Positions 1 through 12,754 of a stretch of DNA of 39,326 nucleotides are shown one piece after another. Under the pieces are notes generated by a model. That model saw only the letters and a program-made list of their open reading frames with translations, did no database searches and was not told the origin of the DNA. Position 1 is the stretch's first letter. The number at the start of each line of letters is the position of its first letter. A program made the translations under genes and the position numbers. This DNA comes from Catajapyx aquilonaris. Taxonomy: Eukaryota. The DNA lies in the NCBI GenBank assembly GCA_000934665.2, contig KZ538945.1:1-39326 (forward strand), read 5' to 3'.

Positions 1-1142
1 AATTTGCAAATCTTTAGGTCCGTTGCCACCGGAACAGCAAACACATGTACATATAATGTATGAATCCACTAACGAGACACTATGCTGCACTAAAAAATTA
101 GATTTGGTAATAATTTTTTCAAATTGGTTCTTAAATGAAGGGTTATCAGTGAATAGTAAAATAATGCCCTAATTATTGAATCATAGTTATTTCCACAGTG
201 TAGAAACCTAACCCAAACCACATACAGTGTCCTGGCTGGACATCCCTAGATTTCTGAGATACCCGGAAATTTCGACCTCGAAAAGTAAGGTGCTTTCTGA
301 TGAAATTGCGGAAAAACCTAACATAAATTGTACGGTGCAATCGTGGTAAAACTAGGGCAAAAAACATCCGCCAGCTCATTGCATTCAAATTACGCACAGA
401 ATTTTCGCGAGAAAAATATTCTTCTGCAAATTTCACCCCAAATTGGGCTGGTATGCGCCTTTTAGAAATTTAATTTTCACCCCAGCTCAAATGGTCTGTA
501 TCGGAAAAAAAAGTCAGAATGGGTGACTTGAGATTTTCCCAGGTCTTCCACCATTTTTCCCTGATGTTAATGAGAGGAGGGGAAGGTATGCCTAGCCATT
601 TCCAAATGAAAAAAAGAAAGGCTAACATCTGCGGGCACCATCGTAAAGAATCATGAGCCGTGCCGTATATTTACAGACCCTGAGGAAAAAAAAAGAAGGG
701 CCAAAGAAGTGCGCAAGGAAAGGAGTTGCCACGGCTTTTGGAGTTTTGTAGTACTCTGGAGACAGATGGAAATGTCTGGCATGGCGTCTCCATATCGTTG
801 AGGAGGAATGGATACGACTGGAAAAAGGATGTTGAAGCAGGATTGGGTGTCTTCGGAGAATTTCACCAGAATAGAGAATGAAGAGGTCGAAAAAAAAAAC
901 CGTTCTGAAAATGTTCACGGATCGGTTTTCCAAAACTGTCCAATTGGACAACATTTGGACAGATTTTGAAGGAAATTTGGCACCACTCGTTCTGACAGGT
1001 CGTATACCAGACTTTTACACACCTTGGTGGCTCACTGTTAATTTTCGAGCTTACTGGTGAGGTTACAGTGCTCAAAATTTTATGAGGAACTAATGGTCTT
1101 TACTCCAGGATGACGACGGATAACTGGGATTGGTCCAGTATA

Positions 1143-1304
1143 CAGGGTGTTCCAAATTCGTGGGTGGTTTCTTTACAACTGATATCGCCAGATAGTAGTT
1201 ATTTTGGTGTACCTTGTGCCCCTAACCAGGCTGGTTAGGGACACAACAAGCTATTTGGGCGATATCAGTTATAAAAAGCGACCCACAAATTTGAAACACC
1301 ATGG
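1143..1304. mobile_element. MITE family A, Tc1/mariner-type (TA|CAGGGTG termini), fold-back
   Basis: TA|CAGGGTGTTCCAAATTCGTGGGT at the left pairs with ACCCACAAATTTGAAACACCATGG|TA at the right. Inner arms are AACTGATATCGCC/GGCGATATCAGTT and the central hairpin is CCCTAACCAG-G-CTGGTTAGGG (1220-1240). Homologous to 7473-7707 and 12365-12409. Confidence 0.85.
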
Positions 1305-1336
1305 TATGATGTTCCGACTTGCTGGCTCCCACACTC

Positions 1337-1613
1337 CCTGAGGCCTATTAGGTGTGGTGACGTGAAAAAGACAACTTTTCAAAGCTAGTGTAAACTAACC
1401 TAACCTAACCTACCCTACATAACCTAGGCTGAGAAAAATGGACTTTCCTAAAACCCTGCAACTGGAAATAGTGGGGACTTGTCCCCACTACTGCAAAAGC
1501 AAACCCGCAATTTTCTTGTGGGGACCGTAAACGACCCCGCAAGTGGGAAAATGTCCCCACAGATGAAAGTCCCCACAGTTACAGTTCCGGTCCCACAACT
1601 TATTGAAGACAGG
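1337..1613. mobile_element. Non-autonomous element family B with internal (CCTAA/CCTAC)n and GTGGGGAC...GTCCCCAC palindromes
   Basis: Co-linear with 13001-13327 (AAGCTAGTGTAAACTAACCTAACC...CCTAGGCTGAG...AAACCCTGCAA...GTCCCACA.CTTATTGAAGACA). Terminal inverted repeat is degenerate and no TSD is clear, so superfamily is unassigned. Confidence 0.75.
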
Positions 1614-3527
1614 TACATTATGAATCTTTAGTACTAACTATACCGGACTATTTTTCAACCTCTAAAATAAACACATGAATTACATTCCCCTTCGACTCTA
1701 TACCCAGCTTCTGTATGACTGTCAGAGCAATAACCACTTTCTGATAGTGTCACTACCTTGGTTAGTACCGTCAGGATTATGCATGCAAGGGTCTCCCTCG
1801 GGGTGTATAGGGGGGTTGTCAGTCTATCCAGCCCACATCGCATCGATATGGTACCTCCCATTCATTTGCGTGCTATTAGCGCCAATGTTGGGGAACCTGC
1901 CCGCAACCTGCCCGCAACCGTACCGCGTTCGTGTGGTACCACCCACTGGTCCAGATGTGACGTCTTACCCTACATTTTAACGTTCATTACGTTCATTACT
2001 TCCAAAATACTGCATTGTATTATTCCTGTGGGTATTTTTTTTCTGGTGGGAATCAGCGTTGATTGTACAGGTGTAACAGAAGTGATGTCAATCTCGGATT
2101 TATGTGATTAGGTGCCCTTCCAAATTTGGTATTAAAAGCATATCGCGCCAACGTTCCCTGTATAGTCACTCTAGATCTGACAGATCTAGGTTTTTAGATT
2201 GAATTCCAATTGATTCGGTTTTTTGTTGAAGTGGGTTTATTAGCATTTCACGCACGTGAGGGTAAAATTCATTACGGAGGCGTCAATCTACGCCCTTTGA
2301 TGCGTTCAGACACTTGTCACATCCAATGCGCGCCGTTTTTTAATGTCTGGATGGACTGGGTACCGATGTATATTGCGTAACAATAAATTTTTTGGGTCTT
2401 GTAAGCCCCTCTGCCTACTGATTTGTATATAGCAGAGTAGGCCTATAGTCTCTGAGTACATACAACGTAATCAATATCTGGGGCCAGCACGTCATATTAT
2501 CGACACCAACACCAAAAACTGCAATTTGACATGTATGACTAGAACTTCTCAGTGATGGTAGCGATATGATCAACAAATTGGGTTTAGAGACTTGCACTAT
2601 CTCTAGTTCTGGCCTTCAATATCATTACCATTTAAATACCACGTCTAGATACCAAGTTACACCCTTGTATAGGCAGCAGGGACATGGCACTGGTAATCGA
2701 TTTACATTACTAATAAGTAAGCACGATGCTAGTCATGTTGCTTGTACTGTATAGTGTCGAAGGTGACAATGTGAAGGTGGTAAGGGCTGTTAGGATAGGA
2801 TGCATTTCTAAATATGTACTGTAGTTCTTTTCTTTTATTATTACGTGAGTGATAATGAGTCACATTTGTTTAAAAACATGGCATGAACTATATAGAGACG
2901 TATAACTGCCAGAAAGAATAACTGGTGAAATTTAGTCAGCCTACAGTAGTCCTACTGACTTTACAATGGGTAGCAATCACTTTCAAGAATTCGTCAAAGG
3001 CTAGTTAAGTCAGTAATATTAATCTAAGGTTGAATACATTTTCAAGTTCTAGCTGAAGTGAACCAGGGACAGAATGATAAAATGTTAAATTAATTCTTTG
3101 TGCACACTTTTGGGCCAAAAAATTACATTTGGGGATTAAACCGTTTTCAAGTAACAACTATACTAGATTATCGCATGAATGGTGAGCCCCCGTTATCCAT
3201 TGTTTCAGTTATCCGAGAATTTCACATATCCGCGGGGGTCTACGAACCCACGGACAACGAAGGCCCACTCTATATTATTTTTATTAGTATCGTACTAGCT
3301 TACACTATAATTTATTCTTGCTTGGGTAGGTGGGTACAATGTCACTTCATGCATGGATTTAATTATTAATAGAAGCGTTGTAGCAAATCAATTGGTATGT
3401 CAGGTCTGGACATTTTACAAGTTGTAGCATGAACAACAACATGTTGCCCCTGATAGGCATGTGGCCTTGTAGGTGATATACTCTTTGAAGTGACCGACTT
3501 TATTACAATCACTGGTCTGTAGATATA

Positions 3528-3650
3528 TTTTGAATGTTGGAGGAAACGGGAAAACCTCGAGAAAACCCACGCGAACCTTGCATGAGAAATTCCTTCGTCA
3601 GATCCTGGAATCGAATACGGGACCTCACAGGTGGCGCTACTATACCACCC
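3528..3650 (-). mobile_element. Degraded tRNA-derived SINE with V/Meta-type central domain
   Basis: Minus strand reads TGGTATAGTAG (A-box-like), TTCGATTCC (B-box-like), then GCGTGGGTTTTCTCGAGGTTTTCCCGTTTCCTCCAACATTCAAA, which resembles the GTGGGTTTTCTCCGGGTACTCCGGTTTCCTCC motif of V/Meta-SINEs. The 3' extent is uncertain. Confidence 0.55.
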
Positions 3651-5842
3651 CTTACAAGTTGTAAAATAATTTGCCTCCGGGATTAACATCTAACCATCGA
3701 GAGTTACATGGGTAGGGCCTGGTTCCCACAGGATTAATAATAATGGAGTAATAAACACTCTCCCGTTCTACAGTAGGCTTATAATGAGCGCCTACGTAAA
3801 CAAGTACACCTTAGTAGTGAGGAAAGTAATGTTTCAAGCCATTGGAGTTACAGGGAATAGTCTTGTTTCACTACTCCGAGGTATTAATTGACACGGGTTC
3901 TAACAAAACACGAGCACGTGGTCAAATTTTGATGATGTATATTGTCCGATCGAAGACGCCCTTGAGTTTCTGGTATATATCGGAACACCGAGTTCCGAAA
4001 TGATTGGTGCGGAAGTACAGTACTTCCTAAAGTTTATACAGAGTGTGCGCATTACATTTTGTATTCCTCACGCTTGAAAAATCCTCAATTCCGGAAAGCT
4101 GCACGCATTGTTGCATCAGCCAACCAAAAGATAAACATGCCCTCGCATGAAAATGTAAATAAAATCAAAACGAATTTGTACAAACACGGAAAACGTACCG
4201 AGGCACTGTACATAATGGGTTCTGGACATCGTCCATGTTACAATTTGGGATAATAACGAGCCATTTAATTATTAAATGTAACATTATAGCACAGGACTGT
4301 ACGAGCACGGTGCATTATATGACAACAAGGAAATTCAACCAGTCGCATTGTCGATATCATGTACCTTATATTAGAAGGTCATACAGTATTAAAATGACAT
4401 ACCACACACATACGTACGAACACCACAACAAAAAGCAACAAATCCACCTGAACCTAGTTTGAAAAAAACATGGGGCCAGGCGGCTCGCTTTAATCTAAGC
4501 CCATGCTGTCAGCTTCATTCGACCGTGGCTTGTTGGTTCCATTAGCCAGCTTTTGGCTCGTTTTTGCCAACACCCACCACTCGGCCCTTCCCTAAACATC
4601 CAAGCTGACCATTGCGCTTTTGCCACCCCCCACCCCACCACATGGAACATTCAGTGTACGTCCAAGCACCTCTCACGACCAAGATTGATTCCTGTCACAA
4701 AAGTCCTGGCATCAGCCTCGGTTAATAATTCAAGCCATTCAAGAGTACTTGTCTGTTCGATCTTTAGCTGGTACCGGTATTTTTCCTTTTCTGCCACCAT
4801 GTTGTAGTACCCCCCAACCTTTTTCGGTCGGTTGAGGCAAACAGCTCATCATTAACACCGTGCTTTGTACCTGCCAATTTGATTTGACAGGCTACTCGTT
4901 CAGGTCATGCCGTAACACAATATCGAGCACACACAAAATGCATTTTGAAAGGTATAACAGGGTTTTTGGAAGTTTGCTGGGTTGGGGGTGGGCCTGTTCA
5001 CAAAAATGGGTCAGATATGACTGCGCGTGTCATTCGGTACTGTCTAAAGTGTAATGATCCGTGTTTGGAAAGGGATTGATTTCCCTCCAATGCCTTTGGG
5101 GAATTCAGAACAGAGCTCACCTGGCACTTGTTGTCTGCAGGGATTCCGGGGGTACAACCGGACTGAAGTCACAAAAACCCGGAGCAGGAAATTCAATGGA
5201 GCCGCGGCGACATTATTTAGGCTCAGGGTTGGTATTACATTTCCTCGCAGACGGAGATTTTCACGAGGTGGGACAAAACGAGTGAAATAAAATAGCCCTG
5301 GCGTGTATAGGTTTTCGTCATGACGAAGGTCATTATTGCTGCAAAACCATTATAGTGAAAAGCCAGCGTTGACAATTAGTTGATTAGGGAACAATGTGTC
5401 CGTTGCCTATTGATTTTGTGCTGCGGGTACATTCATCATATACTTGGGTGTCGTATATGTCTGTTGGTAAAATTGATTGCAAGTAGTGTGTGTGTGTGTG
5501 TGGGTCAGTTATTTTATATTGGATGTGGAGTCAAACAAAGGAGGAATATGTGAAAATTATACTGTGAAAACAGAGATTTTCAAATATGCAGATCATCATA
5601 TAGGGTGGTATATTGGCAAATGGGAGTTCAAATGGTTGGGCGACATTGATTTCAAAGTGCCGGATTATCAACTTTGATTTGAAAACGGCTTCACATGTGG
5701 ACCACTGGGTTTGCAGAATTATGATCAAAGATTTCCTGATGCATTTGTTATCTAGACAGTAATTATTTGTACTGTCACAGTGCTACACCGTGCATCAGAA
5801 TTTAGCAACACGTATGTGTAAAATAATTCGTAGCTATACATA

Positions 5843-6167
5843 CAGGGTGTTTCAACTTTTTTGTCCGAACAGTTATCGGAAAATTGCACGTAGCTGCTAC
5901 TTTGTAAGCAGTGACTTGCAACCGGTGATTTGTCGGAGGAATGGGGAAAAAGAGGGTCACACATCCCATGGCATGTGTGACCCTCTTTTTTGCAGCTTTA
6001 CTCTCAATTTTTCAGCGGGCAGCACGTATGCCACTTCAACCTATGATTCGCAGGGAATATTCCCCATTCCTCCGAAAAACCACCGTTTGAAAGTCACTGC
6101 TTACAAAGTAGCAGCTACGTGCAATTTTTCGATATAACTGTTCGGACAAAAAAGTTGAAACACCCTG
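5843..6167. mobile_element. Tc1/mariner-type MITE with ~100-bp TIRs and an internal 18-bp hairpin
   Basis: TA|CAGGGTGTTTCAACTTTTTTGTCCGAACAGTTAT... pairs with ...ATAACTGTTCGGACAAAAAAGTTGAAACACCCTG|TA. Arms continue to GGAGGAATGGGGAA/TTCCCCATTCCTCC. Internal stem AAAAAGAGGGTCACACAT/ATGTGTGACCCTCTTTTT at 5947-5990. Same terminal motif as family A. Confidence 0.92.
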
Positions 6168-7197
6168 TATATTACACTATAATTTTGCAATATGCGAAAT
6201 TGTATTACTTAATAAAGCACTCGGATTGTCAAGCCTGAGAATTGCTTCTTACGTAAGTGCCTAAGTCGGATAATCCGTATAACGCTTGCTAACAAGTGGG
6301 TGATGGAAGTGGATGGTAATTTACCTGACATTTCCTCGGCTATAATTATATGCACAAAAAATATTGTAGCAACGTGCAGTCTAGTATAGGTCTAAGAAAA
6401 GCCTTAGTGAGAATCTGGTGTTATGTGACCATGAAAAGTTTGATATCACTTCAAAAATTCTGGTCTACAACCCTCTCTGAAGTCCACAATATAGATTGGT
6501 TTCTGAATAGCCCTTACGCCACTGGTACGCCACCCTTACGTAGTGGTGGGGCTTGCGTGCTGTCACAACACTGAGAAGAGCAATGTCGACTGTATTGGCT
6601 ACACTAGTAGGGTCTCCCTAGCCGGACAGGCCTTTATCAGATAGAAGCCATACGAAGAACCATCAGAGGAACCATCTTTCTCTGATCTGCCCCTCTCTAT
6701 CTCCAACCTTACCTTGGCTTATTCCAGTCCAACATATTTAAAAGGGCATATTGCAGTTGATAAGTTACAGTCCAGTATCCAACATTTAATTACATACACT
6801 ACAAGAGTCACTGATATCTGGTAAAGCCACCAAAAGATATTGCGGAATTTTTCTGCAGATATTGCATGTGCGAGAAAATCGCCGGAAAACATCGGACCTT
6901 CCTCGCAATATAATTTTTTTTGCGGCTTTGATACGTTGTCAATAACGGGAGATGGGTGGGAGGGGGCTCAACTTTTTGCGACGACATAATATTTATATCG
7001 ACCAAAAACTGGACAAACCTCCCCATTTTCCATTCTTCTGCGCTTGACCATTGATGGCATAACCATACCTAAATTTTCGGACTCTATAGGGGAATGTACT
7101 GTATATGCAATGGAGCAGCAATGGAGCGATTCCAGTCCATAGTTGAGACTGGATAATTCCACATATTGGGTACAATTGTAAGTGATTTTTTGAGTTA

Positions 7198-7316
7198 GAG
7201 TGCGTTTACATGTGGGCGATTTGACGACCGATTTTCGCCTCAAATAATATTGGTTACTTGGGTTATTCAGCCTCGGCGAAGACTTCGCTCTTCAAATCGC
7301 TCACATGAAACACATC
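7198..7316. mobile_element. Degraded PIF/Harbinger-type MITE (same family as 7839-7948)
   Basis: GTGCGTTTACATGTGGGCGATTTGAC ... TCAAATCGCTCACATGAAACAC; shares CCTCGGCGAAGA.TTCGCTC with the 7839 copy. Confidence 0.75.
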
Positions 7317-7472
7317 TTCAGAAAAGAGTGAAATGCAAGGTGTACTTGCGATTTACCATGTAACAATGACATTTGTTCTGCATGCAGAGATACTGATACT
7401 GTGTGGTGGAAAATACAATAAAATTAAATAAATGTAAGATGAAGTACATATTGATTTCCAACATGAATTATA

Positions 7473-7707
7473 CAGGGTGTTTCAAATTCATGGGCCGTTT
7501 TTTATAACTGATATCGCCTGATATAGTTATTTTTGAGTAGCTTGTTGTGCCCAAATCCAGTTTCCCCATTACTCCCAGGGGATCAAATATAGCAGTTGCT
7601 ATAGAATGGGGAACCTGGATCCGGCGGGGCACAACAGGCTACAAAAAATAACTATTATCGGACGATTTCAGTTATAAAAAAACTACCCACGAATTTGGAA
7701 CACCCTG
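7473..7707. mobile_element. MITE family A, Tc1/mariner-type
   Basis: TA|CAGGGTGTTTCAAATTCATGGG ... CCCACGAATTTGGAACACCCTG|TA; arms fold back over about 90-100 bp. Confidence 0.92.
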
Positions 7708-7838
7708 TAGTATCGCACCATATTAGCTCAAGTGTAATTGTTATTTTTTGAAATTTCTTGCAAAATGACTGTTTCAGGTAAACAGACTATCAAAAGTTGG
7801 AGTAAATTATGCAAACGCTTTACATTGTGGCAGAATAA

Positions 7839-7948
7839 AGGTGCGTTTACATGTGAGCGATTTGACAAGTGAAGCGGAACGAAATCTTCGCCGAGGCTGA
7901 CCTCGGCGAAGATTTCGCTCGTCAAATCGCTCACATGTAAACGCAGCT
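7839..7948. mobile_element. PIF/Harbinger (Tourist-like) MITE with TAA target-site duplication
   Basis: TAA|AGGTGCGTTTACATGTGAGCGATTTGAC ... GTCAAATCGCTCACATGTAAACGCAGCT|TAA. Central perfect 17-bp stem CGAAATCTTCGCCGAGG-CTGA-CCTCGGCGAAGATTTCG at 7880-7917. Confidence 0.88.
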
Positions 7949-8558
7949 TAAAGCACGATAAAAATATAGGCGAGGCTAACCAAAACTTTTGTAAATAATT
8001 TATCACGCATGATATCAAGGTATCGACTTAAATGGTAAGCTATTAGGCCACTTTTATCGTCATATTAAAAACTATCCGCGTGTATATCAAATTAAGCTTA
8101 TTATGTTACAGCGCAATATAATTTTCTATCATCAGTGTCACCATCTCTGACACAAAGAACTTCACCAATAAATCACGTTTTACCGCCAACTAATATGTCA
8201 TCCAGTTACCTTTTTTTTCCCGGACCATAAAAATAGCCACTAACTTATTTATGGACACAGATACAAACCCCACGCTTCCGCCACCGAATTTTCAGCTTCA
8301 CACTTGTTGGTCCCTACCCAATGGAGGTAGTACTACAAAAATACATGGCCAGTACCCCCAAAATAGCAGTTCAGTAAGTGTATGGAGCGAATCTGAATCT
8401 CTTTTTGGTAGGACCCCAAGCTTGGAAGTTGCAGAAGCCGTTATCATCATAGCGAATGGAATTCCTGTCACCACCACTCTCGGCCTCGTTTTCTCCACAA
8501 CTGAATTGTTACACCCTCCCTCCCCCCCCCCCCCCCCCCCCCCCCCCCTCCCCCCCCC

Positions 8559-8808
8559 NNNNNNNNNNNNNNNNNNNNNNNNNNNNNNNNNNNNNNNNNN
8601 NNNNNNNNNNNNNNNNNNNNNNNNNNNNNNNNNNNNNNNNNNNNNNNNNNNNNNNNNNNNNNNNNNNNNNNNNNNNNNNNNNNNNNNNNNNNNNNNNNNN
8701 NNNNNNNNNNNNNNNNNNNNNNNNNNNNNNNNNNNNNNNNNNNNNNNNNNNNNNNNNNNNNNNNNNNNNNNNNNNNNNNNNNNNNNNNNNNNNNNNNNNN
8801 NNNNNNNN
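8559..8808. other. Assembly gap (250 N) between poly-C and poly-G runs
   Basis: Run of N flanked by homopolymer C and G tracts. Confidence 0.99.
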
Positions 8809-9688
8809 GGGGGGGGGGGGTTCATTTGGAATTTATGGCGACAGGTTACGAGACCTTTGAGAAGTACCCTGTGCGCTCCTTATTATGCCTTATTATACCT
8901 TTTGGCGCTTAGCGAGAGGTTGATGTGTCAATGACGCATTTTATCACGGGGTTTTAACGAGGAACTGCTGACTCTTTTATGCAATGATGTTGTAGCTAGG
9001 TGAGAATATAGATCACATATGTGAAATTTATGTTAATCTACATGACCTTTATGATAAACATTAGTGTCATGTCCCCTGCACAGGTAATGCAATTTTGTAA
9101 CATTTTCCGAGACCAAAGTTTCATATTGGGACATCACCAAGAGTGAATTCCCACCAGTCGCGGCAACAACTTATTCTCAGCCAAAAATGACGCAGAGTAG
9201 GCCGAAAGTATTTTGGTCTTGGAATAGGTTAAAAATCGCCTTGCCTCCTGGTTTTAAGAAAGATACTGACCTCCGGTGCAGCGTACAATTTTTTCTTTTA
9301 ATTCGTACTAGTTGTAGACAAAAAAAACTGCGTAAAAGACATTATTGGTAAAATTACTGCGCCTCTGAGAATAGCCTGCTGGAATTATTTAGGCTACTCT
9401 ATAGGGGAAGTTACATTCTACAAAGTTATTTATTGATAAGCTGTGGGAGAGCAATTGTGGTCGATGTGTGACTCCAGTGAGACAAGCGTACTGTGTAATA
9501 TCCGCATTGCATAACAATAGGCTTGTCTCCAGTGGAAATGTCCGCCATAAAATTACGTGCAGTAAGTTAGTGTCCATGACAACATTGTTTATACATGTAT
9601 TGTATGAACAGTGGGTGGTCGGTGCGGATTAGCTCGAACAATTCGAATGACGACTTTAGTCAGTTTATGTAGAGAAATTATTTCAAAC

Positions 9689-9876
9689 TGTGACGTCCCA
9701 TCACTAGATGGCAGAAGGGCGCCTGCGCGCGCTTGAATTTGGACCTGAGGGGGAGCTCTTTGTGTGGTTGTGAGTTCAGTTGTGTTATGGCCGGGAAGCA
9801 GGCCTGTCTAATAAATGGTTGCTCCGTACCAGTTGGACCATGAGTGACCTTACGAGGTCAGATGGATTACCTAACG
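9689..9876 (+). mobile_element. Dispersed repeat, putative solo LTR
   Basis: Starts TGT, contains AATAAA and ends ...TACCTAACG. Aligns with 18142-18683 (AGATGGCA...GGGGAGCTCTTTGTG...TGGCCGGGA.GCAGGC.TGT.TAATAAA..GTTGCTCCGTACC...GGTCAGA.GGAT.ACCT). The repeat is clear, but LTR identity is an inference because the CA end and TSD are degenerate. Confidence 0.55.
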
Positions 9877-11262
9877 AGACTGCAGTTAGACTATACGTTT
9901 TGTATAGTCTAACTGCAGCATTTGAATCATTAATTTACTTACATAAAAGTAATCAGTTTTTTCGCGAAGGTAAGCCTGTAGTACTCACATTATACTGTTA
10001 TTATGACCTTGTTATTTGAAGTAGAGTACTGAGAACACAACAATAGGCTCATGGCTTAGTAAAAAAATGTACTATCATTAAACTATGAGTGCCACTTAAC
10101 GAACCGCATATTAGAAGTGTGCCTTTGACACCATAGATATTGAAGTACATATTGCATTGCGGTCCTGTGCTGGAACATTATAAGGGCCAATTCTATGAAC
10201 GATGCTCGAGCTTTGAGTAGTGCTTGGATCTACGTTGTTTAGAGCTGGAGCACTGTGGGCAGAATTTGCCGTAGCCTTATTTTTTTCGCCACTTTACCAG
10301 AGAGCGATTTGAATGACCATGATTGCTAGGGTCTGCTTTAGAGATTGTAAACACTACATTTGTTAACATTTTTTAAAAATTTACCTGGCATAAAGTATCA
10401 ACAAAAACAGTTAAAAATTTAAAATTTAAATTTCCTATCTAGGTCTTTCAGAGCAGCGGTGAAGAATACGATGTAGGCGGAACCAGGAGACGTCACTGGG
10501 AAATCGCCCTGACTTCGAACACAGCAGGTGCCCATAATAAGGTTTCTTGAAATGGGTTCGTTGTGGGTTGATTTAACTGCCAGTAGGCAGGCATGTATGT
10601 GTGATAATAAAAATAGAGTGTGATAGAAGAGCGCAACGGAGTCTGCTGTTTCTTATTGGGGGCTTCTTCCCACTGAAAGTGAGTTAAAGGTGGGGGAACA
10701 AGAACTACTCAACGACGGTCGACATTGGAGCACTACCAGAATGGCACTCGTAGTAGCAATGCTCCAAAAGACAGCAAAAGGGCGTTATATCGTATGCTGT
10801 TAGTAGAATGTTTACGTTCAAACAAGCCTGTGCCTTGAGGGAAGGAAAATTATTTGAATCTTCTTGGAGCGTAAATGGACAGACCCGATGTTTGCATTCA
10901 GTGTTGCAAAAATATTGGGGGTCTCATCCGTTGCGCTAGCAGTATAGTAAGAATCTTACTTCGCTTGGTAGCACTATCAGGCGATTAGTCAACGCTGCTC
11001 TGGCGCCCGCAGGAGTATTTGTTGCATTTATTATATCTCGAGGTACAAATTTATGACCCTATTTCAGTATTTATGACTTCTTGACGCGTTATTACCGCAT
11101 TGCGCCCTAGGATCAACATACGGGTTTTTATTCAGTGACCTTTTACCATTTAAAATTCAATCAAGTAAGCTCTGGTTGACTGGTGAGTGTTGATAAATTA
11201 TTAGTAACAATGGTCTGTATTTCCTATCGATCATGATTTGGAGCGAAACCCACGATGGTGTA

Positions 11263-11513
11263 CAGTGCATACTGCTAGCGACATTTCCCGATGCGACAGA
11301 CGTGCAAATCGAAGTGATAGAGTGCGAGCCGTGCGAGTAAGAAATGGGAGCCCTTGGGTGACGTCACTGGCTGGGGGACAAGCCCTAGCCGGTGACGTCA
11401 CTCAAGGCCTACCTCTTCTTACTCGCACGGCTCACACTCTATCACTTCGATTTGCACTTCTGCCGCATCCCAAAATGTCGCAAGCAGTATGACGCGATTA
11501 ATGTCCAACACTG
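11263..11513. mobile_element. MITE family C, Tc1/pogo-type fold-back (TA|CAGTG...CACTG|TA)
   Basis: About 110-bp inverted arms (CATACTGC..GTGCAAATCGAAGTGATAGAGTG..GTGACGTCAC and its reverse complement). The left arm lacks about 17 bp near its terminus relative to the right arm and the 12410 copy. Confidence 0.9.
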
Positions 11514-12364
11514 TACTGTATACCACTGAATATTTTTTTGGCCATACCATACACCGTGTGTCTCTGATTCAGTGCATTCCACATGAAACGTGACCAGCTG
11601 ACGTCCTCAATATTGGCCGTGGTCCCAAAAAGGTGTGACTTTCTCCACTCCCTCACCCAGAATAATTTTTTTTTATACCGTCTAGCATATAGGTGACGAA
11701 GCAAGAGAAATGGTATCCAGCCTGATGCCTCTCGGCTTTGGGCTTGTGGGTTGGCCATCTGCGCCACTCTGGCGGTTCATGCTATCGACGGTGGCGGAAT
11801 TAGAGGAGGATAGGGAGTGGGAGGTGGGGCAGAAATGGCGAGAGAGTTTTCGACAATGGGCACCCCCATCTCTCTCTACCCCACCATACCCGCAACAAAA
11901 CTTTGCCTGTCGGAATAATTGGACCTGAAATATTGGTCTTGGTGCAGAAAAGGCTATCGATTATGTGGCAGCACGACCGTATGCAAAATAAGCGGTTGGC
12001 TTTTTGGAAAGGGGCTTGTTAGTAGAAGAAGGGGGTGGGTGTGGTCCAGAAACGTGACATCGTGACCCAACACTGTTTCGGACCTGGAGGAGTGTCGTGA
12101 TTTCACATGCGACGTTGGGGATTGATGTAACCTGTTTTAGAGATGTCCACAAGACACGTGGTGCTGATATTTAGGGTGTTTTTTTTGGATGTTTGTTCAA
12201 CTCTGTAGCCTACCACGGTCTTATACAGGTGGTCTGGAGACTCCCACTCTTATCGCGTGGTTTCACCCGTAGCGTAAGGAGGAGGGTTGCCGCTTCGGTC
12301 CTGGTGCAGTTCTCAAGTGTGGGGTAGGAGTTGTAGGAGGCTGCTCTGTACGATCACCAAAATA

Positions 12365-12409
12365 CCAAATTCGTGGGTCTTTTTTTATAACTGATATCGC
12401 CCGATAGTA
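12365..12409. mobile_element. Fragment of MITE family A arm
   Basis: CCAAATTCGTGGGTCTTTTTTTATAACTGATATCGCCCGATAGTA matches the left arms of the 1143 and 7473 copies and is interrupted at a TA by family C. Confidence 0.75.
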
Positions 12410-12545
12410 CAGTGTTGGACAATAATCGCGTCATACTGCTTGCGCCATTTTGGGATGCGGCAGAAGTGCAAATCGAAGTGATATAGTGTGAGCCGTGCGA
12501 GTAAGAAGAGGTAGGCCTTGAGTGACGTCACTGTCTGGGGGGCAA
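12410..12545. mobile_element. Single arm of MITE family C
   Basis: TA|CAGTGTTGGACAATAATCGCGTCATACTGCTTGCG...GAGTGACGTCACTG is nearly identical to the reverse complement of 11390-11513. Confidence 0.85.
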
Positions 12546-12559
12546 TGGAGAAAAGGCTT

Positions 12560-12730
12560 ATCCCGGGGCCGGCGACACTGACCGTGGTTTTCTGTGGTTT
12601 TCCACGGTCTTCCTAGGATAATTCCGGGGTCGCTTCCGTATAATAGGCCACAGCCGCTTTCTTCCTTCCTCATCCTTGGAGGTTGAAGAGGCAAAGACGG
12701 GCCAACCTCTCTAATATCAATAATTATAAT
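12560..12730 (+). mobile_element. 5'-truncated tRNA-derived SINE, tail type A
   Basis: ATCCCGGGGCCGGC...CTGACCGTGGTTTTCTGTGGTTTTCCACGG...TAGGCCACAGCCGCTT..., ending in a GAGGTTG...CAACCTC stem and AATATCAAT. Homologous to the three other copies. Confidence 0.85.
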
Positions 12731-12754
12731 GAATACACATTAGGACACCACACA

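Noticed and set aside
5530..5745. Coding-looking stretch (ENYTVKTEIFKY...KVPDYQL)
   Set aside because: In-frame stop, no splice signals and no motif I can assign.
8296..8373. Possible 78-nt exon (TTTTCAG acceptor, TCA|GTAAGT donor)
   Set aside because: Weak pyrimidine tract, non-consensus exon end and no recognisable peptide; not distinguishable from chance.
8251..8934. Long Pro/Gly-rich ORFs here and at 18141-18692
   Set aside because: Their length comes from N gaps and flanking poly-C/poly-G runs.
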